Source: a virus (lineage: Duplodnaviria; Caudoviricetes). Taken from it: DNA of 61,723 nucleotides. The stretch spans positions 1 to 61,723 of the IMG/VR virus record IMGVR_UViG_3300043472_000004; one strand, written 5' to 3'. Both the position numbers and the translations under genes were made by a program. The stretch's first letter is position 1. Every line of letters starts with the position of its first letter. The notes beneath the pieces are model-generated. The model was not told the origin of the DNA and ran no database searches. It was given only the letters and a program-made list of their open reading frames with translations. Positions 53,640-61,723 of this stretch are shown here, one piece after another.

Positions 53640-53908
53640 TTGAGAGCGCCCGCTTCCTGTAGTGCGGCGATAGCTTTCATCGCACAAATCTCGGCACCAT
53701 CACCGTATCGATGTGTAAAGCTCACGCCATTGTGCCAGTCTCCACGGGGAATACCGTAGTGCGCATTGGACATGCCGCGTGTAGGATTATAAAGAACCTT
53801 GTAGGTATTCTCGTCGTCTGGACTTGTACCACCTTCTAGACGACCGATATAGATTTCGCTAATTGAAACGCCGTTGATATTGATTTCAACTGCTAGTGGC
53901 ATTTCCAT
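53636..53908 (-). CDS. Hypothetical protein
   Basis: ING..I...N.Y...HRY.DGA pattern. Confidence 0.65.
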   Translation of the reverse strand: MEMPLAVEININGVSISEIYIGRLEGGTSPDDENTYKVLYNPTRGMSNAHYGIPRGDWHNGVSFTHRYGDGAEICAMKAIAALQEAGALK

Positions 53909-54260
53909 CCATCCTTTGATCCATGTGCATTAAGATGTCTCGCATCCATGACTCTGTTACAGCAGCAACCTGATAAAGTTCGGCGTAAAGATTCACGGGA
54001 TTACTCTCAGCCAAGGCTTCAAAAACTTCCTCTAGGAGAATGTCTGCCCATGTCTCAAGCTTGTCGAGGTGTGTTACCTCAAACTCTGCCTTATAGAGGT
54101 CGGCCAGTTCGCTATATGTAAGGTCTTCTCCGCGACCAAGAGGATGAAACTTAGGTCCGGTACCATCAGGGTGAGACTGAATGCCCCACTTCTCGATCTG
54201 GCGCTTCTTCTCGGACCAAACGTCTTCTGCTACAGCACTTTCAGCTAGTTCATAGATCAT
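53886..54260 (-). CDS. MazG-like NTP pyrophosphohydrolase
   Basis: E..RQ..KWG.Q; W..ILLEEV.EA...EL.QVAAV...W. Confidence 0.65.
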   Translation of the reverse strand: MIYELAESAVAEDVWSEKKRQIEKWGIQSHPDGTGPKFHPLGRGEDLTYSELADLYKAEFEVTHLDKLETWADILLEEVFEALAESNPVNLYAELYQVAAVTESWMRDILMHMDQRMDGNATSS

Positions 54261-55672
54261 ATTTTTTGTCTCTTCCTCAGTGACTTATTGCGAGCTAGGG
54301 CTTCTTGGATTTGCTTGGACGTTATACCTTCATCCATAGTACCCACTCCCCTGAAATAAATGCGTAGAACCTGAGTGCGCTGTCCGGGGCGATCCAAGCG
54401 CCCTCGACCCTGCTCATTGTCCGTTCCGTCGTCGGATTCTGATATCCATAGCTCTGTGTTACTGGCGTACTGAATACCATCTGTGCCGGTACTGATTGCA
54501 CCGATAACCGCCACGAGGACATCTATTTCTCCCTTAATGAAAGCTTCCTTGATTACCTTACGCTTAGCCTCCGACACGTCGCCGGACCACTCAACAGTAC
54601 GATAGCCAGCCTTGGTAATTCGCTTGACCAAAACCTTAGTGAACCGCTTATCGTGAGTATATACGATAACTGGTGATCCGTCAAGCTTGGCTAGTGTGGC
54701 TAGGAGTCCGTTCTCTGCGTCGAGCTTGGGGCTTTCGCACCTGTCTTCGAAGTAGAGCTTTCCCGTTGCGGCATCGATGGAGGGTAGAGCGAGGGAACAG
54801 GTTCGTAACATACCACGGGCCACGATGGGTAGCGATGCAACGATGGGAAGCTTTCCGTTACTGTCAGGGGTTGTAAGCCAGGCCACATAGTCCTTCTCCA
54901 TCTGCTTGTAGAAAATCTTCTGCTTAAGACTAAGCTCGATCTTGTTGACGTACATGGTCGGTTCGTCAAGGTCAAGGAACCCATTGGGGTGAAAGTCACA
55001 GCACCGTTCGCGCTGAAGGTGCTGGATGTAGCACGGCAAGCTATTGACAAGCTGCCCCGGATTCTTTTCTCCTGTAACCTTCCAGTTCTGGAGAGCGAAG
55101 GGATCGTACTTACCCTGCTGCTTGCGTCGCCAAATCCAGTACGTTTCGGTCATAAGGTGCGGCCAAATCCACCGGATCAATGCCCAGATATTCTCCCACT
55201 TGTTACGCAGTGGGGTACCACTCATGCCGATCCTACGCTTCGCCTGTAGCTGATGCATAGCGGCACGAGAACGATTCGTGTAGTTACACGCCGTGTGAAT
55301 CTCATCAAAAATTGCAAGGTCAGGAACGACAGTGTTCCATTTCCTCAAAGCGAACCACTGGGGCGTACAGATGTACCAGCCCTCTTGACCCCATGTCAAA
55401 TTAGCAAGGGCAGTCTTACCCTTCTTGCTGGAATCTAGTCGAGCGATCTTGGCGTCTGGGTCCTGCCGGAGAATCGTTTCGGCCCACGACGGAATGGTAT
55501 TTCTTGGGCAAATGACCATGATAGCACCGGGTCGCATTCGGACACCCACTTCGACTGCGACAAGAGTCTTTCGTCCACCCACAGATGAAACGATGAGCGC
55601 TGAGCCATCATGCTTAATGATTTCCCGAATATCGTGTTCCTGATAGGGAAGGGGAGTTTGTCGGTCATTCAA
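54257..55672 (-). CDS. SF2 (SNF2-like) DNA helicase
   Basis: PYQ, GGRKT, FDEIH, SGTP, Q..GRLDRPGQ. Confidence 0.9.
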   Translation of the reverse strand: MNDRQTPLPYQEHDIREIIKHDGSALIVSSVGGRKTLVAVEVGVRMRPGAIMVICPRNTIPSWAETILRQDPDAKIARLDSSKKGKTALANLTWGQEGWYICTPQWFALRKWNTVVPDLAIFDEIHTACNYTNRSRAAMHQLQAKRRIGMSGTPLRNKWENIWALIRWIWPHLMTETYWIWRRKQQGKYDPFALQNWKVTGEKNPGQLVNSLPCYIQHLQRERCCDFHPNGFLDLDEPTMYVNKIELSLKQKIFYKQMEKDYVAWLTTPDSNGKLPIVASLPIVARGMLRTCSLALPSIDAATGKLYFEDRCESPKLDAENGLLATLAKLDGSPVIVYTHDKRFTKVLVKRITKAGYRTVEWSGDVSEAKRKVIKEAFIKGEIDVLVAVIGAISTGTDGIQYASNTELWISESDDGTDNEQGRGRLDRPGQRTQVLRIYFRGVGTMDEGITSKQIQEALARNKSLRKRQKI

Positions 55673-56348
55673 GTCCCAGCCTCTTCATCTTCTGATTCGC
55701 TCGACGTATTGCGTTAGCCATTTGTCCACGCTCTTGCGCACTCATGCCGTGTCCGGGAAAATACCTTTGGACCGCCGTGCCACTGTATCCTACAGTACGA
55801 CCCGTCTCTGCATAGCTTGCGCCATCATCAAGCCATCGCTTCATTTCCGCAAGCTGCTCTTCGGTGGGTGAGGGCTTGGCTGGCTTAGAAAGATTTTCCA
55901 TAGCACGATAACGTTCAACGGTTCTAATTGAAACGCCCGTGATGCGAGCAATACGTTGCCGTGAATAATTCAGCTTACTCAGACGAATAACCTCAGCATA
56001 ATTTTCATACCAAGGTGAGTGCGCATTCTTCAGCCTTGAACCCGGTCCGAATGCCTGAGAAAAAATAATCCCAGACTTCTCCGCGTGTAATGTCAGACTC
56101 CCGTGTCCCACACCGAGCTCTCGCTCTGCTTGGCGCTTGCTATAACCCGCCTCTGCAAGTTCAGCAATACGCGCCTTTTTCTCTTCTGGAATCAGATGTC
56201 TCTCATCTTGTACAAAAATGACACCATGACGAGAAGCCCAACGCCGCAAGTTTCCTGACTTAAGGCCAGTTTCCTGAGCAGCTTCAGCGACAGTATGTCC
56301 CGAAGCCGCTAGCTTAAGAATCTTCTCCGTTTGAGGTAATGCTCTCAT
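55665..56348 (-). CDS. Multi-HTH DNA-binding protein
   Basis: About four tandem HTH-like units (e.g. IARITGVSIRTVERYR). Confidence 0.8.
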   Translation of the reverse strand: MRALPQTEKILKLAASGHTVAEAAQETGLKSGNLRRWASRHGVIFVQDERHLIPEEKKARIAELAEAGYSKRQAERELGVGHGSLTLHAEKSGIIFSQAFGPGSRLKNAHSPWYENYAEVIRLSKLNYSRQRIARITGVSIRTVERYRAMENLSKPAKPSPTEEQLAEMKRWLDDGASYAETGRTVGYSGTAVQRYFPGHGMSAQERGQMANAIRRANQKMKRLGLE

Positions 56349-56751
56349 CTAAATCCTTTTCAATAAAATACCAACCAAGCCACAATGCCCATGCTTTAGC
56401 GTTCAAGGAATGAATCCACTCGTTGGTGTTCACTCTTGACCTATTACTTTGAGTATTGTCTCGAAAGCCTTAACGAGGTCATTATGCCAGAGGGTGTGCT
56501 GAGCTTGATTGCCAACCAGCGCGCCGCAATCAGTACATTGGCGAAAACCGTCCGCTGGAAGGAGTTTGTTGAATACGGGAATATACTTAATCGACATAGT
56601 ATTTCTCATAACTATCAGCTATCCCTACTGGGATGCTCCGTTTCCATATGTTCATCCATCTTACGTACTACGTCCGGATAAGACCTATTGTCGTAGTTGA
56701 CAAAATACCATCCACAAATATGACACTCGGCCTTAATGGTGATAGTCACGC

Positions 56752-56997
56752 TCAGCCTCCATACGTGGGGAATCGACCATAAACGTTCTGAAGATGCTCG
56801 CGGAACCTCCACCGACGAACGGTCCTGTCACACACGCCCACTTCTTCGGCTATACGCAGGTCGCTGTAGCCCTTAACGTAGTAGTACCACATTTGGGCAT
56901 AGAGTTGTTCACGTTCAGCCCTCGTGGGGCGTCCCTGACGGTTTGAGTTGATCCTCTGACCGCCTTGACCGGTGGTATTGATGATACGTTCAGTCAT
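56752..56997 (-). CDS. HTH DNA-binding protein
   Basis: GYSDLRIAEEVGVCDRTVRRWR. Confidence 0.8.
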   Translation of the reverse strand: MTERIINTTGQGGQRINSNRQGRPTRAEREQLYAQMWYYYVKGYSDLRIAEEVGVCDRTVRRWRFREHLQNVYGRFPTYGG

Positions 56998-57188
56998 TAA
57001 GTTCCTCTAGCATAGATTACTTCTTCGATAGCTGCCGCAATATCCTCGGCAATACTCGATGGGACCTCAAAGCGTTGGTCCTGCAACGTGATAGCTACCT
57101 TAGAATTCTGGCGTTCATTGACAAGCTGCACTGCGTACACGCCTTCTTTGCGTCTGACAATCATACCGCTTTTACTCCCTCGTGTCAA
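56997..57188 (-). CDS. Hypothetical protein
   Basis: TAATG-coupled. Confidence 0.5.
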   Translation of the reverse strand: MTRGSKSGMIVRRKEGVYAVQLVNERQNSKVAITLQDQRFEVPSSIAEDIAAAIEEVIYARGT

Positions 57189-57191
57189 ATC

Positions 57192-57226
57192 TAAACCTTA
57201 GTATACAAACTCCATACTAAGGTTTA
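57192..57226. terminator. 13-bp perfect inverted repeat (terminator or operator)
   Basis: TAAACCTTAGTAT-9nt-ATACTAAGGTTTA. Confidence 0.6.
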
Positions 57227-57230
57227 TCTG

Positions 57231-57521
57231 TTAAGCCTTCTCTACCGGACCAAGTTCCCTATACCATTCGGAGGTCTTCACTTGAGACGTTCCGCAGGTA
57301 GCGCACATCCAGTAATTGGAAAGCTTGGTGGTTTCGATCCACGCTCGGCATCGAATAGTCACGCCGATTTCGGCACAGAGGCAGGTCAAGAATCGGACGT
57401 ATACCAAGTCACTGTCCCTATGCCCGTATTGACCGAGAGGGTGGTGCTTAGACTCGCACATCTTTTCGGTGGCAATGTCTTCCAGCAGAATGAGCTCCAG
57501 ATCGGAGTCGACCATCGTCAT
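57231..57521 (-). CDS. Cys-rich hypothetical protein
   Basis: SD GGAGG; several C-x-C and C-x2-C motifs. Confidence 0.65.
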   Translation of the reverse strand: MTMVDSDLELILLEDIATEKMCESKHHPLGQYGHRDSDLVYVRFLTCLCAEIGVTIRCRAWIETTKLSNYWMCATCGTSQVKTSEWYRELGPVEKA

Positions 57522-57896
57522 TATGCCTCCCAGCTTTACGTCTTGCTCTCCACACAGGTTACGATCCCGTTACTTTTGGTTCAGAGCCAAATATGTTGCC
57601 GATTACACCAGTGGAGACATGATATTAAATTATAAGTGCGACCTAAGAGCTACAACCGCCCGGAGTCCGGGTCGTGGGTCTTGGGGTTTGATTATCCCCC
57701 TCAAGGTTCCTCGTCTGCCGCGTTTATTGTCTTACTACGAACCTTTGTTCTGACGATCACCCATCCTAAGGTGAGCTACTGGCACGCCTCGCAATTGAGC
57801 GCATCTGCCGGGTCGATGAGACAGACAAATCCGTCTACTACTTCTTCAGTTTCTTGATCCAATTTTCGCGTCCTCTTTGTTGCAGTTGAAGATTCT

Positions 57897-57925
57897 AGTC
57901 TACCCGATTGGTAGGACATTCGCAA
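57897..57925 (-). promoter_or_regulatory. SigA-type promoter
   Basis: TTGCGA-17nt-TAGACT. Confidence 0.55.
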
Positions 57926-57928
57926 GCC

Positions 57929-58120
57929 CTAATCCTGCGCGCGCCCCACTCTTTCAATTGCATTCGCTAGTTCGTGGATACCCAGTGTCACCATATACTC
58001 AGCGGGTGACATCGAGTAGCTCGGAGTCGAATAGTTAATCCGTAACTCGTTAGCGATAGCTTGGTAATTAATCCGTAACTCGTTAGCGATAGCTTGGTAA
58101 TTAATCTTCTCGTCAGCCAT
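57929..58120 (-). CDS. Hypothetical protein with an internal 11-aa duplication
   Basis: INYQAIANELR x2. Confidence 0.6.
   Translation of the reverse strand: MADEKINYQAIANELRINYQAIANELRINYSTPSYSMSPAEYMVTLGIHELANAIERVGRAQD
58035..58106. repeat. 33-bp perfect tandem duplication
   Basis: TTAATCCGTAACTCGTTAGCGATAGCTTGGTAA x2, then TTAATC. Confidence 0.92.
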
Positions 58121-58385
58121 CCTTGTCCTTTACCGTTCTAAAGGTACGACTCGTAAAAGTCGGCGGTGGTGGTGGACCATCATGAGCCTGACCTCCACAC
58201 TTACACTGCTCTGCGCGTGCCTCTTGCAATTGAAGCACAACGGTATCCAGCGTGTTCTTAAAGTTCTCCGCCGTTTGCGCGGCAAGTAGCGCATAATCTT
58301 CGGCTTCCCAGCGCTTACGCACTTCGAACTCAAGCTGCTTTTCGAGACTGAGAGAACGTCCCCATGTACGAATCCAGTGCTTCAT
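58113..58385 (-). CDS. Hypothetical coiled-coil protein
   Basis: ORF track. Confidence 0.55.
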   Translation of the reverse strand: MKHWIRTWGRSLSLEKQLEFEVRKRWEAEDYALLAAQTAENFKNTLDTVVLQLQEARAEQCKCGGQAHDGPPPPPTFTSRTFRTVKDKDG

Positions 58386-58749
58386 TTTCTTAGCTTTCTA
58401 CTTAGAAGAACGATACCCCCACCGAGAGCTCCACCGATTAGAGCAGGACCGACGAAGGGAATGATCTTATAGCGGATCAAGAAGAGTAAGAATATTTGCA
58501 GAGTGCTCGTCACAATACTGCCCCGATAACCAAGAGAAGTAGGCCAACGACAATGAGGATATAGCCTGCAACCGTGAGGAACTTAATCATGTCTAAACCC
58601 TACCTTATTCTTGGGCCAATTGTTAATGGTGTGATAATACGCACGAGAAAATAATGACCCATCCCTATAGACGTTTCCTAAGCGTTCTTTCCGAGCTACC
58701 TGTCGAGCCATAATAATACCGGCCCTGATTGTGCGAGCGTGTCTACGTC

Positions 58750-58956
58750 TCACCAGCGCCCCATTCCCCTTTTGACCTTACGCCACTCCTTGCGGGAGAA
58801 GGTGAATTGCATTATAGTTTTCTCGTCAAGAATAGCCTCCACCACAACAAAGCTTTCACTACCCCAACTTGCAGGAACAAATTGAAGGTTTAGACCCGAA
58901 CTCTCCATAAGATCACAGGGCCGGACTCTATCTGCAAACTCTCGTTGTGTAGTCAT
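58750..58956 (-). CDS. Hypothetical protein
   Basis: ATGA-coupled. Confidence 0.55.
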   Translation of the reverse strand: MTTQREFADRVRPCDLMESSGLNLQFVPASWGSESFVVVEAILDEKTIMQFTFSRKEWRKVKRGMGRW

Positions 58957-59252
58957 GGCTTATTACACTCAATCTTCTCGGCCTTGTCCAACCAGTTCTG
59001 GGCGTTGTCGATTTCAACCTGCGCCGTAGTGTAGTCGCTATCAACATACGCGGAACCCGCAAGCGCCGTGTGGTGCGTAGCCTGCGAGTAGGCATAGGAC
59101 TGCGAAGCACACGCCTGAGTATGGGCTTTCTGTTCTCCGAGCTCAACAGAGTTGGAGATAAGGAACGGCATGGCGATCAATGATCCCACCATAAAACCCA
59201 CAGTCGCATACAGCGAACCGTGATAGAGGTCGTACTTACTAAGTCTTTTCAT
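58953..59252 (-). CDS. Membrane-anchored hypothetical protein
   Basis: N-terminal TM segment. Confidence 0.6.
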   Translation of the reverse strand: MKRLSKYDLYHGSLYATVGFMVGSLIAMPFLISNSVELGEQKAHTQACASQSYAYSQATHHTALAGSAYVDSDYTTAQVEIDNAQNWLDKAEKIECNKP

Positions 59253-59739
59253 GTGTCTTCATCCACTTCATTACTTCGTCGTAGAGTGGGCCGTCATGTG
59301 TCTGGTCCAGTTCTGCAACGAGGGTGTTTCTTACAGAGAACGTCTCATCCCAGAGGGGAGTTTCGGCGAAGAACATAGCGCGCTCACCGTCAACGTAAGT
59401 CGGAGCAAAGACAGCTAGCTCATTACCACGCTGAATGTTGATATAACCGTTAGCTTCACGCCAAATATTGAGTTCGCTGGAGACACTATCGCTACCGAGC
59501 AGTCGGAGTCCGCGCTGGATAGCATCGTTATAGGTGTTAAAATCCTTGGTGCCCATATAGCGGCCAATGGCCGTCTTTGAGTGGCCGGATCGGAATGCTT
59601 CTGCTGCTGCAATATCCACAGCGGTTGCATCCTTAGCCAATTCTGCCTTAATCTGAGCCTTGAGACGGGCTTCTAGCTGTGCGGCGTTGTTGCGTGCCGT
59701 GTTCGCAGCTTCCTTGACCCTATTGAGATAGTCAGTCAT
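59239..59739 (-). CDS. Hypothetical protein with an HTH-like segment
   Basis: TAATG-coupled; GHSKTAIGRYMG. Confidence 0.65.
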   Translation of the reverse strand: MTDYLNRVKEAANTARNNAAQLEARLKAQIKAELAKDATAVDIAAAEAFRSGHSKTAIGRYMGTKDFNTYNDAIQRGLRLLGSDSVSSELNIWREANGYINIQRGNELAVFAPTYVDGERAMFFAETPLWDETFSVRNTLVAELDQTHDGPLYDEVMKWMKTHEKT

Positions 59740-59883
59740 TATCCTTCTAGCTCCCTATCCTCGTTGAGTTCATCGATCTTGGCTTGAAGAATTTCGAGAG
59801 CATCAGCGGCGCGAACCCGCAAGTGGAATTCGGAATCTGTCCCCCCACGCCAATCGCGTAATTCATCGATTAGTTTAGTGATG

Positions 59884-60147
59884 TCAACCATTAAGGAACC
59901 CCGGAATCGCTTGCAACGGTGGGAGCTTTTGTAGCCCTTTGTGTATCTCCAGAGCATCATGCTTAGCTTGGAGCTTAGCAAGTTCCGCCAGAGCTTCGCG
60001 TGCCTCGTCCAACATAACTACTGATCCAGCTTTCGCTTCTCGTAATTGCTCAATGGAACGACCCCAACCCCACTCGCCCTCTATTGAGAGGATATCAGTT
60101 TCCCACTCGTTAAGAGCGTCTGCTATCTTTTCAATGTTACTCACCAA
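59884..60147 (-). CDS. Hypothetical protein
   Basis: ORF track, coupled. Confidence 0.55.
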   Translation of the reverse strand: MVSNIEKIADALNEWETDILSIEGEWGWGRSIEQLREAKAGSVVMLDEAREALAELAKLQAKHDALEIHKGLQKLPPLQAIPGFLNG

Positions 60148-60512
60148 AACCCCATTTCCGGCAGTTCGCCAGTTTTCTCAATATACTCCCGAACACGCTT
60201 ATAATCAGCGCGCTCGTGTTCACGACACTGTTCCTCGGTCAATGGTGGGTTGTGACTGATCCATTGAGGAACTTCATCCATGACGCGAATACCGGGCCAG
60301 CTTTTACCGCCACGAATGCCACCAGCCGTGCCAAGGAGCGTACCGGGAACCATGCCACCGCCATCGGCATTCCATGTGATGTAATCGTAGGTGCGACGGT
60401 AGCGGTCTGCATCCACCTTAATGAAAGCATCACTCTCTCCCCATTCAGCGCTGCTGGTAAACAGTGCATTCACGGGTAGGGCTAGGAAATCCTGATAGGC
60501 AAGTTCACTCAT
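60141..60512 (-). CDS. Hypothetical protein
   Basis: ATGA-coupled. Confidence 0.6.
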   Translation of the reverse strand: MSELAYQDFLALPVNALFTSSAEWGESDAFIKVDADRYRRTYDYITWNADGGGMVPGTLLGTAGGIRGGKSWPGIRVMDEVPQWISHNPPLTEEQCREHERADYKRVREYIEKTGELPEMGFW

Positions 60513-60715
60513 AAGGATTCCTTATAGGGATTATTGGCGTAGTGGTGAGTTGCACTAATTGAGTATGTTGCCGAAGTCGCACCCTCGTCCCACGCTTTGT
60601 GCTTCACCCCGTCCAGCCAACGATTAAATTCTGCCAGCGCAATCCCCGAAGGTGTCTCAGCTAAGTAAAGATAGCAGTCTTCGATATTCTTTGTCGTGGG
60701 AGTGTATTCAGCCAT
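60509..60715 (-). CDS. Hypothetical protein
   Basis: YTPTT...FNRWL...KAWDEG...NPY pattern; TAATG-coupled to the GATase stop. Confidence 0.65.
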   Translation of the reverse strand: MAEYTPTTKNIEDCYLYLAETPSGIALAEFNRWLDGVKHKAWDEGATSATYSISATHHYANNPYKESL

Positions 60716-61723
60716 TAGGCTCCAATCGCACGCTGAAGGTATCCGATACCTTCACGGATATAGGACAGGCTCTCGCCGTCTGGGTCTTCGTGGATATAGA
60801 CCTCATTGGGATCATCGACCCAACTCACGGAAGTCTTACCGTCAAGCTCGAACGCGCCGACATCGATAAAGTGCTCGATCCAGCGAACCATTCCGGTTGC
60901 TCCGTACTGATCCTCGCCAGAGTGCAACGCGGCGTACCACTTCAACTCGTTCTCAAGCTTGTCCAACGTGGCGTAGGTCTGGAAGTCGCCGTCCTGATCG
61001 ACCGTGTAGTACACATCGTCACTCTCTTCAAAGTCACTCTGCTCATCATCGCTCGACTTATTAACGAGAACCATAGCCTGCTCTGCTGCCGTGACAACGT
61101 TCGCCTCTTCTTCGTCATAGTCGTAGTTATCAGTGGGCGGGAACTCTTCGAATGACCACGTTTTAGTGTCCGGATCGTAAATGTTCCGGAAACTCTTCGA
61201 CGTTTGAGTGTGACCGCCGTTCGTAAGCTGACGGGTCCGGTAGTTATCCCAGTTGTACGTGTAGGACTTGAGCTTGGGGGTTTCCTCAAACTCCATGATG
61301 ATTCCGTGAACCACCTTGAAGTACACTCGCTCGTCCATAATGAAGACCGCACCGTAGTCCAGCTTCATTTCATCCAGAGCATCCATCAGGAGTCTCGGAG
61401 TGGACGCATAGACGAACGAACCGTCCAGCAACCATGTGTAGCACAGCGGAGAAGATTCAAGCCGCGCAATGTTGAGCTCGTCGCCCTTACCCGATTCAAG
61501 CCACGCGATTGCCGCATCACCCGAAAGCTCACCGACACCCTCAATCCCAAAGTTCTGAATGAGAGCACCGATCACCGAGGTATCAACCTCTGGTAGATCA
61601 ACGCCGATCAGGACATCGTTACGGATTTCCTGCTCGTTCCAGATAACTCCGTTGTGAGTGAGCGCCAGCTTGTTGTTGGGCGAAATAACGGGGTGGTTGT
61701 TGTCGTTATTCCTCTCCGTGCCG
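60715..61723 (-). CDS. Class II glutamine amidotransferase, C-terminal part (joins 1-545 across the junction)
   Basis: HNGVI, VDT, G..A..W, R...SPL and YAST motifs; acidic C-terminal extension. Confidence 0.88.
   Translation of the reverse strand, partial: GTERNNDNNHPVISPNNKLALTHNGVIWNEQEIRNDVLIGVDLPEVDTSVIGALIQNFGIEGVGELSGDAAIAWLESGKGDELNIARLESSPLCYTWLLDGSFVYASTPRLLMDALDEMKLDYGAVFIMDERVYFKVVHGIIMEFEETPKLKSYTYNWDNYRTRQLTNGGHTQTSKSFRNIYDPDTKTWSFEEFPPTDNYDYDEEEANVVTAAEQAMVLVNKSSDDEQSDFEESDDVYYTVDQDGDFQTYATLDKLENELKWYAALHSGEDQYGATGMVRWIEHFIDVGAFELDGKTSVSWVDDPNEVYIHEDPDGESLSYIREGIGYLQRAIGA
61442..61723. repeat. Second copy of the terminal overlap
   Basis: Matches 1-282. Confidence 0.95.

Overview
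A near-complete tailed dsDNA phage genome (siphovirus layout) of about 61.44 kb. The last 282 bp re-read the first 282 bp, so the assembly is circular or permuted. The host is most likely an actinobacterium, inferred from a WhiB-like gene, leaderless promoters and actinophage-type genes. The + strand arm (about 10.6-44.5 kb) carries nucleotide-metabolism and small genes, a cluster of about 19 tRNA or tRNA-like genes with the endolysin embedded in it, accessory virion proteins, terminase, head and tail genes. The - strand arm (44.5-61.7 kb, continuing through 1-10.2 kb) carries replication and recombination genes, many small ORFs, and an amidoligase plus class II glutamine amidotransferase operon. 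I recognised no integrase, repressor cassette or DNA polymerase. The most unusual elements are: (1) a roughly 820-nt ORF-free, densely base-paired region (8576-9395) that looks like a large structured ncRNA; (2) six tandem divergent paralogous mini-genes, all starting M-x(1-3)-L-P-G, directly upstream of the amidoligase/GATase; (3) a roughly 477-bp tract almost free of AA/TT next to A-tracts at the strand switch, a candidate packaging or terminus site; (4) many non-canonical tRNAs and non-tRNA structured RNAs; (5) two free-standing homing endonucleases with their own leaderless promoters, each next to a gene with an atypical start. All calls come from reading motifs by eye; no searches or folding programs were run.
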